The position numbers were made by a program, and so were the translations under genes. DNA of 64,000 bases from Chitinophagaceae bacterium (lineage in GTDB: Bacteria; Bacteroidota; Bacteroidia; Chitinophagales; Chitinophagaceae), in assembly GCA_046596515.1 (NCBI GenBank), contig JBKJMI010000118.1:59376-123375 (forward strand), read 5' to 3'. The notes under the pieces are model-generated. The model searched no databases. It saw nothing but the letters and a program-made list of their open reading frames with translations, and was not told where the DNA came from. Positions within the stretch are counted from its first letter, which is position 1. Each line of letters opens with the position of its first letter. Of this stretch, positions 1 through 9,646 are shown piece by piece.

Positions 1-692
1 TCCGCTCCAAGGGTAATAGCATCTGCATAAGTTGCACCACCACGTAACATAGCTGTATTGGTACCTTCTTTATATACCTCAAGATCTTTCTCCTTTATGG
101 ATGGATGAATAAGGGCCTTCTTAATAAAACCGGCACCCAGTTTTTCTTTAAACGTATTCTGACCTATTGTATATACGATCTTGCTATGAGCAAAAACAGG
201 TTCCTTGCGATAAACTGTCTTTATATATGCCGGGATCAGGCTGGTCATCCAACCACTACAATGAATGATGTCCGGAGGCCAACCAAATTTCTTTACAGTT
301 TCAAGGGCCCCCTTACAAAAGAAGATGGTGCGCAAGTCGTTGTCATCATACCATTTTTCCTGCTCATCATGAAATATGTACTTTCTTTTGAATAAGTCCT
401 CATTGTCCAGGAAATAAACCTGTAAACGGGCACTTGGGAGTGAAGCTACCTTGATCTGAAGGGGAAGGTCATCATTATCCACCGAAACATTGATACCGGA
501 AAGTCGTACTACTTCGTGCAAACGGTGGCGGCGTTCATTAATAATTCCGAATCTGGGCATTATGCACCGAACCTCGAAATTATTTTCATTTGCTTTAATG
601 GCCAGCTTGTTAACGATCTCCGAGAACTCAGTAAGTTCAATGTAAGGTGACATTTCGTTGGCGATGAATAAAATTCTTTTCTTTGCTGACAT
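1..692 (-). CDS. Glycogen/starch synthase-like protein (GT5 N-terminal domain, Bacteroidota type); 3'-partial at the window edge
   Basis: Not in the ORF track. Hand translation from ATG at 692: MSAKKRILFIANEMSPYIELTEFSEIVNKL...MPRFGIINERRHRLHEVVRLSG...VYFLDNEDLFKRK...WPPDIIHCSGWMTSLIP, open to position 1. Resembles the GlgA N-terminal domain. Confidence 0.85.
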   Translation of the reverse strand, partial: MSAKKRILFIANEMSPYIELTEFSEIVNKLAIKANENNFEVRCIMPRFGIINERRHRLHEVVRLSGINVSVDNDDLPLQIKVASLPSARLQVYFLDNEDLFKRKYIFHDEQEKWYDDNDLRTIFFCKGALETVKKFGWPPDIIHCSGWMTSLIPAYIKTVYRKEPVFAHSKIVYTIGQNTFKEKLGAGFIKKALIHPSIKEKDLEVYKEGTNTAMLRGGATYADAITLGA

Positions 693-730
693 GAGCTGTC
701 CCGTTTAATTTAGTTCGCTGTAAAGGGCAG

Positions 731-738
731 CAAAGGTA
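731..738 (-). promoter_or_regulatory. Bacteroidota sigma-70 -7 box (TACCTTTG) for the GT5-like gene
   Basis: Exact TAnnTTTG match 38 nt upstream of the ATG. Confidence 0.55.
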
Positions 739-796
739 ACGATTTTAACGCTAACATGACTGACAACCAGCAATAAACACAAATTATAAGGCAATA

Positions 797-1645
797 ATGG
801 TCATTATTAAGACAGCCGCAGCTCTCCGCAAATGGATTGATGCTCAATCAAGCACAAGGGAAATGATAGGTTTTGTGCCAACCATGGGGGCTCTGCATGC
901 CGGGCATATTTCACTGATCAATACCTGCCGAAATGAATCTAAGCTGACTGTTTGCAGCATATTTGTGAACCCAACTCAGTTCAACGATCCGGCGGATTTT
1001 GAAAAATATCCCTCAACACTTGATTCCGATATAGACCATTTGGAAGCAAATGGCTGTGATCTCCTTTTTCTTCCTTCTGTGGCGGAGATCTATCCTGATG
1101 CTTCAAGTAAGGTTAAACACTATAATCTTGGTTTATTAGAATTGATCCTAGAAGGCGCTTTTCGTCCCGGCCATTTTCAGGGAGTTTGCATGGTAGTGGA
1201 AAAACTGCTGAATATTGTTCAACCGGGCAAACTTTTCCTTGGACAAAAAGATTATCAGCAATGCATGGTTATTGCAAAACTAATTGAGATCATGGATCAA
1301 TCAGCTCTTATTGAACTTAGGGTCTGCCCTACTTTGAGGGAATCAGACGGGCTGGCTATGAGTAGCAGAAATTTGCGATTAAATGAAGCAGAAAGAGATA
1401 AGGCTGTCCGGATATCCAGAGTATTAACAATGATAAAAGAACAAATTAAACCTGGTGATATCAGTGGGTTGATTTCATCAGCAGAGTTTATCTTAGCCGA
1501 TGAAGGATTTCGGGTGGACTATGTAAATGTGGCAGACAAAGAAGATCTTAGCAAGGTAGATAGTTGGAATGGGAAACAAAAGCTGGTGGCCCTTGTGGCT
1601 GCTTATGTGAATGATGTACGATTGATCGATAATATGATACTGTAG
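797..1645 (+). CDS. panC: Pantoate--beta-alanine ligase
   Basis: GFVPTMGALHAGH, SIFVNPTQF, RPGHFQGV, GQKDYQQ, DGLAMSSRN, RLIDN motifs. Confidence 0.97.
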   Translation: MVIIKTAAALRKWIDAQSSTREMIGFVPTMGALHAGHISLINTCRNESKLTVCSIFVNPTQFNDPADFEKYPSTLDSDIDHLEANGCDLLFLPSVAEIYPDASSKVKHYNLGLLELILEGAFRPGHFQGVCMVVEKLLNIVQPGKLFLGQKDYQQCMVIAKLIEIMDQSALIELRVCPTLRESDGLAMSSRNLRLNEAERDKAVRISRVLTMIKEQIKPGDISGLISSAEFILADEGFRVDYVNVADKEDLSKVDSWNGKQKLVALVAAYVNDVRLIDNMIL

Positions 1646-1653
1646 ACGAAACT

Positions 1654-2685
1654 ATGAACAAGTCAATAAAGACCATTTTGCAATATTTGTTTTTCCTTGG
1701 ATTGGGAATTCTTTTCGCCTGGTTGTCATTGAAGAAACTTGACAGTGACAACATCAAGCAGATCAAAAAGGCCTTAGAGAATGCAAGGTACTGGTTGATC
1801 ATACCGGTCTTTATCATGCTTGTTTTAAGTCACCTGGTAAGGGCTCTTCGTTGGAAATTGCTCATTGAATCTGCGGGTCATAAGGTATCTGTGATGAACA
1901 GTTTTTTTGCAGTGATGATAGGTTACCTGGTAAATCAGGGTGTACCCCGATTGGGCGAAGTGGTGAAATGCACTATGCTTGGACGCTATGAAAAAGTTCC
2001 GGTAGAAAAACTGATAGGAACGGTAATTCTGGAAAGGATCGTCGACGCTATTACCTTTCTGGCAGTAATTGCCATTACCCTATTGATCCAACCAGAAAAA
2101 TATTCTGAGTTGATGAATTCTTTTTTCCATCATGGTGGACCATCATCACAGGGCAAATCCATTCCGGGATACCTGTTTATTTTAGCGGCACTTGCCTTGC
2201 TTTTGATAATAATTATTGTGTGGATGATCTGGAAAAAGAAAAACATGAATGACCTGCTTGAAGTATTTCAAAAAGCTGGAAGCAGACTCTGGCAGGGAAT
2301 AAGTTCTATACAACATTTGAAAAAACGAGGCCTGTTTATTTTTTATTCGGTGGCTCTCTGGTCTCTTTATTTGTTTGCAGGTTATGTAGGCCTTTATGCT
2401 TTTAGTGAGACCTCGGGTTATGGGATCAGGGAAGCATTCACTATTTTATCCGCGGGAAGCATTGGTATGATCGCATCCCCTGGTGGAATTGGCGCTTATG
2501 CCTACCTGATACAAAAGACCATGCCTGTTTATGGAATGAATGAGATCATCGCACTAGCTTTCGGATGGATACTTTGGCTGGCCACAACAGGAGTTATTAT
2601 ACTGGGGGGATTATTCAGTTTTGCAGCATTACCTTATTACAATAAAAAATACAACATTGAGAAGAGCAGACCTTATCAGCCATAA
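1654..2685 (+). CDS. Lysylphosphatidylglycerol-synthase TM / flippase-like membrane protein (UPF0104)
   Basis: Multi-TM; RALRWKLL, GYLVNQGVPRLGEV, GTVILERIVD, PGGIGAY motifs. Confidence 0.85.
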   Translation: MNKSIKTILQYLFFLGLGILFAWLSLKKLDSDNIKQIKKALENARYWLIIPVFIMLVLSHLVRALRWKLLIESAGHKVSVMNSFFAVMIGYLVNQGVPRLGEVVKCTMLGRYEKVPVEKLIGTVILERIVDAITFLAVIAITLLIQPEKYSELMNSFFHHGGPSSQGKSIPGYLFILAALALLLIIIIVWMIWKKKNMNDLLEVFQKAGSRLWQGISSIQHLKKRGLFIFYSVALWSLYLFAGYVGLYAFSETSGYGIREAFTILSAGSIGMIASPGGIGAYAYLIQKTMPVYGMNEIIALAFGWILWLATTGVIILGGLFSFAALPYYNKKYNIEKSRPYQP

Positions 2686-3145
2686 AATATACGACCGCAA
2701 CGCTATGATCCGCCAGGTAGCACAATGGAGGGCACTTGGAAGAAATGTGGCCTTTACCAATGGCGTATTTGATATTATCCACCCCGGACATGTTTTCTCT
2801 CTGACCAAAGCGGCTGCAGAGGCAGATCATTTGGTAGTGGGACTTAATTCAGATGCTTCTGTTAAAAGACTAAAAGGAGACCAACGACCTGTGAATGACC
2901 AGGATTCAAGAGCGTTAGTTCTTTCAGCAATGGTGATGGTAGATGGGGTTTGCATTTTTGAAGAAGATACTCCTCTTGAATTGATCAAAGATTTAATGCC
3001 GGATGTGATCATTAAAGGAGGAGATTACACCGTAGAGCAAGTGGCTGGTGCAAAAGAAGTGCTGGCTGCGGGAGGACGAGTAGTGATCAATCCTATACTT
3101 GAAGGGTTTAGTACAACCGGCATTATTGGGCGTTTCAACAAGTAG
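2657..3145 (+). CDS. rfaE2: D-glycero-beta-D-manno-heptose 1-phosphate adenylyltransferase (stand-alone HldC/RfaE domain II)
   Basis: FTNGVFDIIHPGH (HIGH-like), VVGLNSDASVKRLKG, KGGDY, GFSTT. Probable TTG start at 2657; the track extends to 2621. Confidence 0.85.
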   Translation: MRRADLISHKIYDRNAMIRQVAQWRALGRNVAFTNGVFDIIHPGHVFSLTKAAAEADHLVVGLNSDASVKRLKGDQRPVNDQDSRALVLSAMVMVDGVCIFEEDTPLELIKDLMPDVIIKGGDYTVEQVAGAKEVLAAGGRVVINPILEGFSTTGIIGRFNK

Positions 3146-3179
3146 ATATTTCTGATTAAATAATTATAACCTTAATTCT

Positions 3180-5276
3180 ATGCCTCATCATTCGGATAGA
3201 AAAATGATCGCAAGGGATATCAGTTGGCTTGCGTTTAATGCCCGCGTATTACAGGAAGCTGCCGATTCAGGAGTGCCATTGCGTGAAAGGATACGCTTTC
3301 TCGGAATATTCTCTAATAATATGGATGAATTTTTTAGGGTTCGTGTGGCAACGCTTCGAAGAATGATCCAGTTTGGCCATAAAGCCAATATGCATCTGGA
3401 AAATGATCCGCAGCAGATCATTGATGAGATCCAGATGACCGTATTGAATCAGCAGGGTGAATTCAATCGTATCTGGGAAGAAGTAAGAAGTGAGTTAACG
3501 GCGCAAAAAATATTTCTCCGTACAGAAAATGAATTGAATCCGGAACAAAAGGAATTTGTTCGAAATTATTTTGAAGAAGAGGTCAGTTCGGATGTGATCC
3601 CGCTGATGATCGAAAATATTCCACAATTTCCTGCACTGCGTGATAAATCCATTTATCTGGCAGTGGTTATGTGGAAAAAAGAAAGCGCATTAAAAAGAAA
3701 ATATGCCTTAATTGAGATCCCTTCAAAAGCATTGGGACGATTTAAAATATTACCCTCTCCAAAAGCAGATGAACATCATCTGATCCTTCTTGAAGATGTG
3801 ATACGATTTAACCTCCCGGAGATATTTTCTTATTTCGGATATGATCAATACCAATCGCATATTTTCAAAGTAACAAGAGACGCGGAGATAGATATTGATG
3901 AAGATATTTCCACTTCCATTATTCAAAAAATTGAAAAAGGATTGAAGAACCGGCGTAAGGGTCAACCAGTACGGTTCGTTTATGATCGTGAAATGGATCC
4001 GGGATTGCTTGAATACCTTGTAAGAAGACTAAATCTTTCAAAACGCGATAACCTGATCCCCGGAGGAAGGATCCATAATTTCCGGCATTTCATGGATTTT
4101 CCTGACCAGGTATTCAAAGAAAAAAGACAAAGAAAAAAACCTTTCGACCATCCATTACTTACAGAAAGAAGAGTAACAGATGTGATCATGGAAAAAGATA
4201 TTCTCCTGCATTTTCCATATCACTCCTTTTTGCCATTGATCGACCTGATAAGGGAAGCAGCATTTGATCCGGATGTAACTACTATTAAGATCACCTGCTA
4301 CCGGCTGGCACAACAATCCAAGATCGTAAACGCCTTGATTAATGCTGTAAGAAATGGAAAGGAAGTAGTGGTCATGATAGAACTTAGAGCCCGGTTTGAA
4401 GAAGAGGCCAACCTGGAATGGAAAACCAGACTGGAAGAGGAAGGCGCCAAAGTGCTGATAGGAATACCCAATGTGAAAGTGCATGCAAAGATCTGCATGA
4501 TAAGAAAACGTACGCGCGACAATAACATTGTTATGTATGGATTTGTGAGCACAGGAAATCTGAATGAAAGAACTGCTCGTGTATATGCAGATCATTGCCT
4601 GCTCACCTCCAATCAGAAGGTGATGAGTGATGTGAATAGAATGTTCAGTTTGTTCGAACAACCCCGCTCCAATATTAATGCGCTCCGGGATTGTAAAACA
4701 ATTATACCCAGTCCTTACCTGGTAAAAAGAGAAATGTTGAAATTGATCGATGAAGAGATCAAACAGGCCAGGAAGAAAAAGCCCGCGGCAATAACATTGA
4801 AGATGAATTCACTATCAGATGAAGAGCTGATCGATAAATTATATTCTGCTGCAAGGGCCGGCGTTCAGCTAAAACTGATCATACGTGGTATATTCTGCAT
4901 GTATTCGGAGAATAAAAAATATGAGAAACCGATCAGGGCTATTTCCATAGTTGATGAATACCTTGAACATGCGCGGGTGTGGGTATTTCATAACAAAGGC
5001 AAAGAGAAAGTTTATTTATCTTCGGCGGACTGGATGTTGAGAAATCTGGAGCATCGTGTTGAAGCAACTGTGCCAGTATTTAATGATGAGCTTAAGCAGG
5101 AACTAAAAGATATGCTGGACATACAACTTCAGGATAATGTAAAGGCCCGTTGGCTGGACAATGATCTGAACAATGAATATGTACGAACCACCCGAAAAAA
5201 AATCCGTTCCCAGGTAGAGACCTATAACTATCTGTATAAAAAAACACAGAAAGATCGTGAGACTGGCAGCAATTGA
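3180..5276 (+). CDS. ppk1: Polyphosphate kinase 1
   Basis: RDISWLAFNARVL, SNNMDEFFRVRV, LLHFPYHSF, ELRARFEEEAN, KVHAK, STGNLNE, YLEHARV, SSADWMLRNL. Confidence 0.97.
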   Translation: MPHHSDRKMIARDISWLAFNARVLQEAADSGVPLRERIRFLGIFSNNMDEFFRVRVATLRRMIQFGHKANMHLENDPQQIIDEIQMTVLNQQGEFNRIWEEVRSELTAQKIFLRTENELNPEQKEFVRNYFEEEVSSDVIPLMIENIPQFPALRDKSIYLAVVMWKKESALKRKYALIEIPSKALGRFKILPSPKADEHHLILLEDVIRFNLPEIFSYFGYDQYQSHIFKVTRDAEIDIDEDISTSIIQKIEKGLKNRRKGQPVRFVYDREMDPGLLEYLVRRLNLSKRDNLIPGGRIHNFRHFMDFPDQVFKEKRQRKKPFDHPLLTERRVTDVIMEKDILLHFPYHSFLPLIDLIREAAFDPDVTTIKITCYRLAQQSKIVNALINAVRNGKEVVVMIELRARFEEEANLEWKTRLEEEGAKVLIGIPNVKVHAKICMIRKRTRDNNIVMYGFVSTGNLNERTARVYADHCLLTSNQKVMSDVNRMFSLFEQPRSNINALRDCKTIIPSPYLVKREMLKLIDEEIKQARKKKPAAITLKMNSLSDEELIDKLYSAARAGVQLKLIIRGIFCMYSENKKYEKPIRAISIVDEYLEHARVWVFHNKGKEKVYLSSADWMLRNLEHRVEATVPVFNDELKQELKDMLDIQLQDNVKARWLDNDLNNEYVRTTRKKIRSQVETYNYLYKKTQKDRETGSN

Positions 5277-6153
5277 TATTGGTAGTAATGCAGCGCGTTT
5301 GCTGATCACAGATGTAATCGAAAACCCCGGCCAGACACCGGAATTCATTAAAGTAGCCCTTGTGCGCGTTCCACTACGCCTCGGATTTGATGTTTTCGAA
5401 CGTGGAGAGATTCCTCCTGAAAAAGCCACGAAATTGATCAAGACGATCAAAGCCTATAAACTTTTACTGGATGTGTATGAAGTGAAGCATTATCGTGCCT
5501 GTGCTACCTCAGCGATGAGAGATGCCATCAATGGCAATGAGCTTATGAAAAAGGTGAAAGATGACACTAATATCGGCATAGAGATCATTACCGGCCAGGA
5601 AGAAGCTTCATTGATCTATGAGAACCATGTGGCAGAAGAATTGAAAGCAGACGAGTCCTGGCTTTATGTTGATGTGGGTGGTGGTAGTACCGAACTAACT
5701 TTTTTCAGTGACGGCAAATTGATTTTCAAAGAATCTTTTAATATTGGAACAATCCGTTTACTTAAAAATCAGGTAACCGAATCATACTGGGAAAATATGA
5801 AGGAATTCATTCGGATAAAAACCAATGGATATCATCATGTTTCTGCCATTGGATCGGGAGGTAACATCAATAAAATATTCTCTCTTTCCAAACGTAAAGA
5901 AGGTAAATCTCTATCCCTGGATGTATTGAGAGATTATTATAAAGAATTCAATAATCTGTCTCTGGCACAGCGTATCAGTTTATATAAACTTCGTGAGGAT
6001 CGTGCCGATGTGATCGTTCCCGCCCTGCTCATCTATATAAATGTGATGAGATGGGCGGATGCGCAGGAGATCTTTGTTCCTAAGATAGGTTTGGCCGATG
6101 GTTTGGTGCATTCTCTATATGACCGGATACAAACCCTAACCTCTAACCTCTAA
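5257..6153 (+). CDS. ppx: Exopolyphosphatase Ppx/GppA, short cytoplasmic form
   Basis: AAIDIGSNAARL, ATSAMRDA, GQEEA, VDVGGGSTE, DRADVIVP, GLADG; GTG start overlaps the ppk1 stop. Confidence 0.93.
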   Translation: MRLAAIDIGSNAARLLITDVIENPGQTPEFIKVALVRVPLRLGFDVFERGEIPPEKATKLIKTIKAYKLLLDVYEVKHYRACATSAMRDAINGNELMKKVKDDTNIGIEIITGQEEASLIYENHVAEELKADESWLYVDVGGGSTELTFFSDGKLIFKESFNIGTIRLLKNQVTESYWENMKEFIRIKTNGYHHVSAIGSGGNINKIFSLSKRKEGKSLSLDVLRDYYKEFNNLSLAQRISLYKLREDRADVIVPALLIYINVMRWADAQEIFVPKIGLADGLVHSLYDRIQTLTSNL

Positions 6154-6159
6154 TCTCTC
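6133..6159 (+). repeat. C-rich heptamer tandem array (ACCTCTA units) over the ppx 3' end
   Basis: ACCCTA ACCTCTA ACCTCTA ATCTCTC. Confidence 0.65.
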
Positions 6160-6162
6160 ATT

Positions 6163-6978
6163 ATGGCAATAAATAAAGAGATAAAAAAAATAACGACCAA
6201 CACGCTGCAGAAAATGAAATCAGCAGGAGAAAAGATCTCAATGATCACTGCTTATGATTTTTCTTTCGCCCGGATTTTTGACCAGGCAGGTGTGGATGTG
6301 ATCCTTGTAGGTGACTCCGCTTCAAATGTGATGGCCGGACATGAAACAACCCTTCCGATCACCTTAGATCAGATGATCTATCATGGTGCATCGGTGGTAA
6401 GAGCGGTTGAACGTTGTTTGGTGGTAGTAGACATGCCCTTCGGTTCCTATCAATCCAATTCAGAAATAGCATTGGCATCTGCGATCAGGATCATGAAAGA
6501 AACAGGGGGCCATTCCATTAAATTGGAAGGCGGTGAAGAAGAGATCGAAGCGGTAAAAAAAATCGTTAAGGCAGGTATTCCGGTTATGGGACACCTTGGA
6601 TTAACCCCTCAATCAATTTATAAATTCGGAACCTATACGGTTAGGGCGAAAGAGGAAGTAGAAGCAAAAAAGCTAAAAGAGGATGCACTGATGCTACAGG
6701 ACGCCGGATGTTTTGCAATCGTTCTGGAAAAGATTCCAGCTCTTCTGGCTAAACAGGTTTCTGAAAGTCTTTTAATTCCTACTATTGGTATCGGTGCCGG
6801 TCCTTCCTGTGATGGTCAGGTGCTGGTAATGCATGATATGCTTGGCATAAATACTGAATTCAAACCCCGTTTTCTGAGACAATACCTGGATATTGAAAAA
6901 CAGGCCAAAGGTGCTGTGCAGAAATATATCGCGGATGTGAAATCAGGTGATTTTCCCAATAATTCCGAACAATATTAA
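6163..6978 (+). CDS. panB: 3-methyl-2-oxobutanoate hydroxymethyltransferase
   Basis: [51 protein letters not shown]. Confidence 0.97.
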   Translation: MAINKEIKKITTNTLQKMKSAGEKISMITAYDFSFARIFDQAGVDVILVGDSASNVMAGHETTLPITLDQMIYHGASVVRAVERCLVVVDMPFGSYQSNSEIALASAIRIMKETGGHSIKLEGGEEEIEAVKKIVKAGIPVMGHLGLTPQSIYKFGTYTVRAKEEVEAKKLKEDALMLQDAGCFAIVLEKIPALLAKQVSESLLIPTIGIGAGPSCDGQVLVMHDMLGINTEFKPRFLRQYLDIEKQAKGAVQKYIADVKSGDFPNNSEQY

Positions 6979-7025
6979 AAGTTTTAGAAAAATGGTCCGT
7001 CTTAGTATTATCTAAACGTAATTCC

Positions 7026-7922
7026 ATGCTCAAGCTTTCCTTGTTTTGCCTTCCTTTATTTCTTTTTGGATGGCAGCTCTCCCATTCTGCTTTAAAAAGT
7101 AATCAATCCAATATTATTACCGATTCAGTCCTTATCCAGCATAAAATGGATGGCCTGGCAACGGAATGGCCGGCCGACCGTATTCAAACGGATGAAAAAA
7201 GCGGAATTCAATTTGCTTTTGATAATGACGCTTCCAATCTTTATGTGATCATTTCAGTAAAAGAAATGGCTGAGCAGATGAAAATGATACGTATGAGCAT
7301 GAAAATGTTCATTGACCTGAAAGCGAAAAAAAAGGAGAATATGGGTGTTGAATTTCCAGTAAAAAGGGATCCAACCCAGCAAAATTTCGGGGGTGGAGGA
7401 ACAAGAAATGGAGGAGAAAGAACAGAAGATCAGGGAGAACGTAAAGCTTTTGATATTCAGGCCCTGCACCAGAGGCTGGCAATAAATTTGATTTCAATGA
7501 AGATCTTTGGTTTTGAAGGAATGGAGGAGCCAAAAGAAGTAGGCCTTTTCATGGCTAACAGTACCAATCTGGTATACAATTGGGATACTGCAAATATTTT
7601 TCATATAGAATACAAGATCCCCTTGTCAATGATCGCAGAGCCGAAAACCCTGGACAATAAAGAAATCACCATTGGCTGGAAGGTGCATGGATTGGAAATT
7701 CCTTCAGGAGCTGGTGGTACTGGCGGAGGTGGTTTTCAGGGAGGTCGTGGTGGAGGCGGTGGAAGACCAGGTAGTGGCACTGGTGGTGGTGCAAGACCTG
7801 CTCCGGGCTCTGGTGGAGCGGGAGATCAGGATCGCCAGGCATCTTTTGAAAAAATGAAGGAAGAGCAAAATATCTGGTCTAAATATACCTTTCATATAGC
7901 CCCTGCCCCAAGGGCATTTTAG
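7026..7922 (+). CDS. Exported hypothetical protein with Gly-rich low-complexity segment
   Basis: Hydrophobic N-terminal signal-like segment, 298 aa, GGGGFQGGRGGGGGRPG tract. Confidence 0.75.
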   Translation: MLKLSLFCLPLFLFGWQLSHSALKSNQSNIITDSVLIQHKMDGLATEWPADRIQTDEKSGIQFAFDNDASNLYVIISVKEMAEQMKMIRMSMKMFIDLKAKKKENMGVEFPVKRDPTQQNFGGGGTRNGGERTEDQGERKAFDIQALHQRLAINLISMKIFGFEGMEEPKEVGLFMANSTNLVYNWDTANIFHIEYKIPLSMIAEPKTLDNKEITIGWKVHGLEIPSGAGGTGGGGFQGGRGGGGGRPGSGTGGGARPAPGSGGAGDQDRQASFEKMKEEQNIWSKYTFHIAPAPRAF

Positions 7923-7948
7923 CATCTATCCATGCAGCTCCATAATCT

Positions 7949-7956
7949 TAACTTTG
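7949..7956 (+). promoter_or_regulatory. -7 box TAACTTTG upstream of the ALDH gene
   Basis: Exact TAnnTTTG, 13 nt before ATG 7970. Confidence 0.6.
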
Positions 7957-7969
7957 GCAAAATTTTCTC

Positions 7970-9493
7970 ATGGATCTGCTTAAAGAATTACTTATTGAAA
8001 ACCTGAACGCCGGAACAGGTACAGGAACAGAATGGCTCAGTTCAAAAGGTGAAACTCTTGACTCCTGGTCTCCTGTTGATGGTAAAAAAATCGCTTCTGT
8101 TATATGCACGGACAAACAGGCCTATGAGTTGGTCATTCAGAAAGCAGAAAAAGCTTTTAAAGAATGGAGACTGGTTCCCGCGCCCAAACGTGGTGAAATC
8201 GTAAGACAGATCGGCGAAGCATTGAGGGAGAAAAAAATTGCCCTCGGAAGGTTGGTTTCCTATGAAATGGGCAAAAGTCTGCAGGAAGGTTTGGGTGAAG
8301 TACAGGAAATGATCGACATCTGTGATTTCGCAGTAGGGTTATCACGTCAGCTTCATGGTTTCACTATGCATAGTGAAAGACCTTCGCATAGAATGTATGA
8401 ACAATACCATCCATTGGGTATGGTAGGAATTATTTCAGCCTTTAATTTTCCGGTGGCAGTTTGGAGTTGGAACAGCATGCTTGCCTGGGTTTGCGGAGAT
8501 GTATGTATTTGGAAACCTTCAGAGAAAACACCATTGTGCGCCATCGCCTGTCAGCATATTGTGGCGGATGTATTTATAAAGAATGAAGTACCTGAAGGTA
8601 TTTCGGGGTTAGTGATCGGAGGTAAGGGGGTTGGTGAATGGATATCAAATGATCATCGTATCTCATTAGTTTCCGCCACTGGATCCACAAGAATGGGAAA
8701 GGCTATTGGTGCTGCGGTGGGTGCGAGATTAGGAAGATCACTTTTAGAATTGGGAGGCAATAATGCCATAATCATTTCGGATAAGGCTGATCTTGATATG
8801 TCGATTCTGGGAGCATTATTTGGGGCAGTTGGTACGGCCGGTCAAAGATGTACATCCACCCGGCGCCTGATCATTCATGAAAATATTTACGAAGTAGTAA
8901 AAGAAAAATTGAGAGCGGCATATAAACAAATAAAGATCGGTGATCCATTGGATGCAAATAATCATATGGGCCCGCTGATCGATAAAGACGCTGTGAAGAT
9001 CTACCTGTCTGCCATTGAAAAATCGAAAGCAGAAGGAAACAATTTCATTGTTGAAGGAGGAAGTCTGGAAGGCAAAGGATATGAAAGCGGTTGTTATGTG
9101 AAGCCATGTATTGCAGAAGTTGATTCGCATTCAGCTATTACTCAGGTTGAGACCTTCGCTCCAATTCTTTACCTGATGAAATACCATGACTTGAAAGAGG
9201 CAATTGAAATTCAGAATGGTGTTCCCCAGGGACTTTCCTCGGCCATTATGACAATGGATCTTCGTGAGGCTGAAAGATTTCTATCTCATGCGGGAAGTGA
9301 CTGTGGAATAGCGAATGTGAACATTGGAACTTCAGGTGCAGAGATAGGTGGCGCTTTTGGAGGAGAAAAGGAAACCGGTGGAGGCAGAGAAAGTGGCAGT
9401 GACGCCTGGAAAGTGTATATGAGAAGGCAGACCAACACGATCAACTATGGTAATACTCTTCCATTGGCACAGGGAATTGAATTTAATGTTTAA
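7970..9493 (+). CDS. Aldehyde dehydrogenase, ALDH7/antiquitin-like (piperideine-6-carboxylate dehydrogenase family)
   Basis: PAPKRGEIVRQIG, GEVQEMIDICDFAVGLSRQL, ISAFNFPVAVW, LELGGNNA, GTAGQRCT, GAFGGEKETGGGRESGSDAW. Confidence 0.9.
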   Translation: MDLLKELLIENLNAGTGTGTEWLSSKGETLDSWSPVDGKKIASVICTDKQAYELVIQKAEKAFKEWRLVPAPKRGEIVRQIGEALREKKIALGRLVSYEMGKSLQEGLGEVQEMIDICDFAVGLSRQLHGFTMHSERPSHRMYEQYHPLGMVGIISAFNFPVAVWSWNSMLAWVCGDVCIWKPSEKTPLCAIACQHIVADVFIKNEVPEGISGLVIGGKGVGEWISNDHRISLVSATGSTRMGKAIGAAVGARLGRSLLELGGNNAIIISDKADLDMSILGALFGAVGTAGQRCTSTRRLIIHENIYEVVKEKLRAAYKQIKIGDPLDANNHMGPLIDKDAVKIYLSAIEKSKAEGNNFIVEGGSLEGKGYESGCYVKPCIAEVDSHSAITQVETFAPILYLMKYHDLKEAIEIQNGVPQGLSSAIMTMDLREAERFLSHAGSDCGIANVNIGTSGAEIGGAFGGEKETGGGRESGSDAWKVYMRRQTNTINYGNTLPLAQGIEFNV

Positions 9494-9646
9494 AAGAACC
9501 TAATTTTCTAAAAGAACACAACCAATATAGCCTAAAAGCGTCTATTTTTTCCTGATGCATATTGTAAAAATATATAAATGGTAATAGTTATTTTCACGAC
9601 ATGCTTAAATTGGAAATCATTCATAAATAAATAAATCAAAAAACGT

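Noticed and set aside
105-395. Track ORF of 96 aa on plus
   Set aside because: Antisense shadow of the GT5-like gene, which has recognisable motifs on minus
4155-4661. Long antisense track ORFs (e.g. 4155..4661, 10190..10657, 30724..31134, 55755..56213)
   Set aside because: They lie largely opposite well-supported genes and show no recognisable motifs or Bacteroidota-type start context
7720-7820. GGT/GGC-rich DNA as a repeat element
   Set aside because: Fully explained by poly-Gly coding, as at 16830-16890
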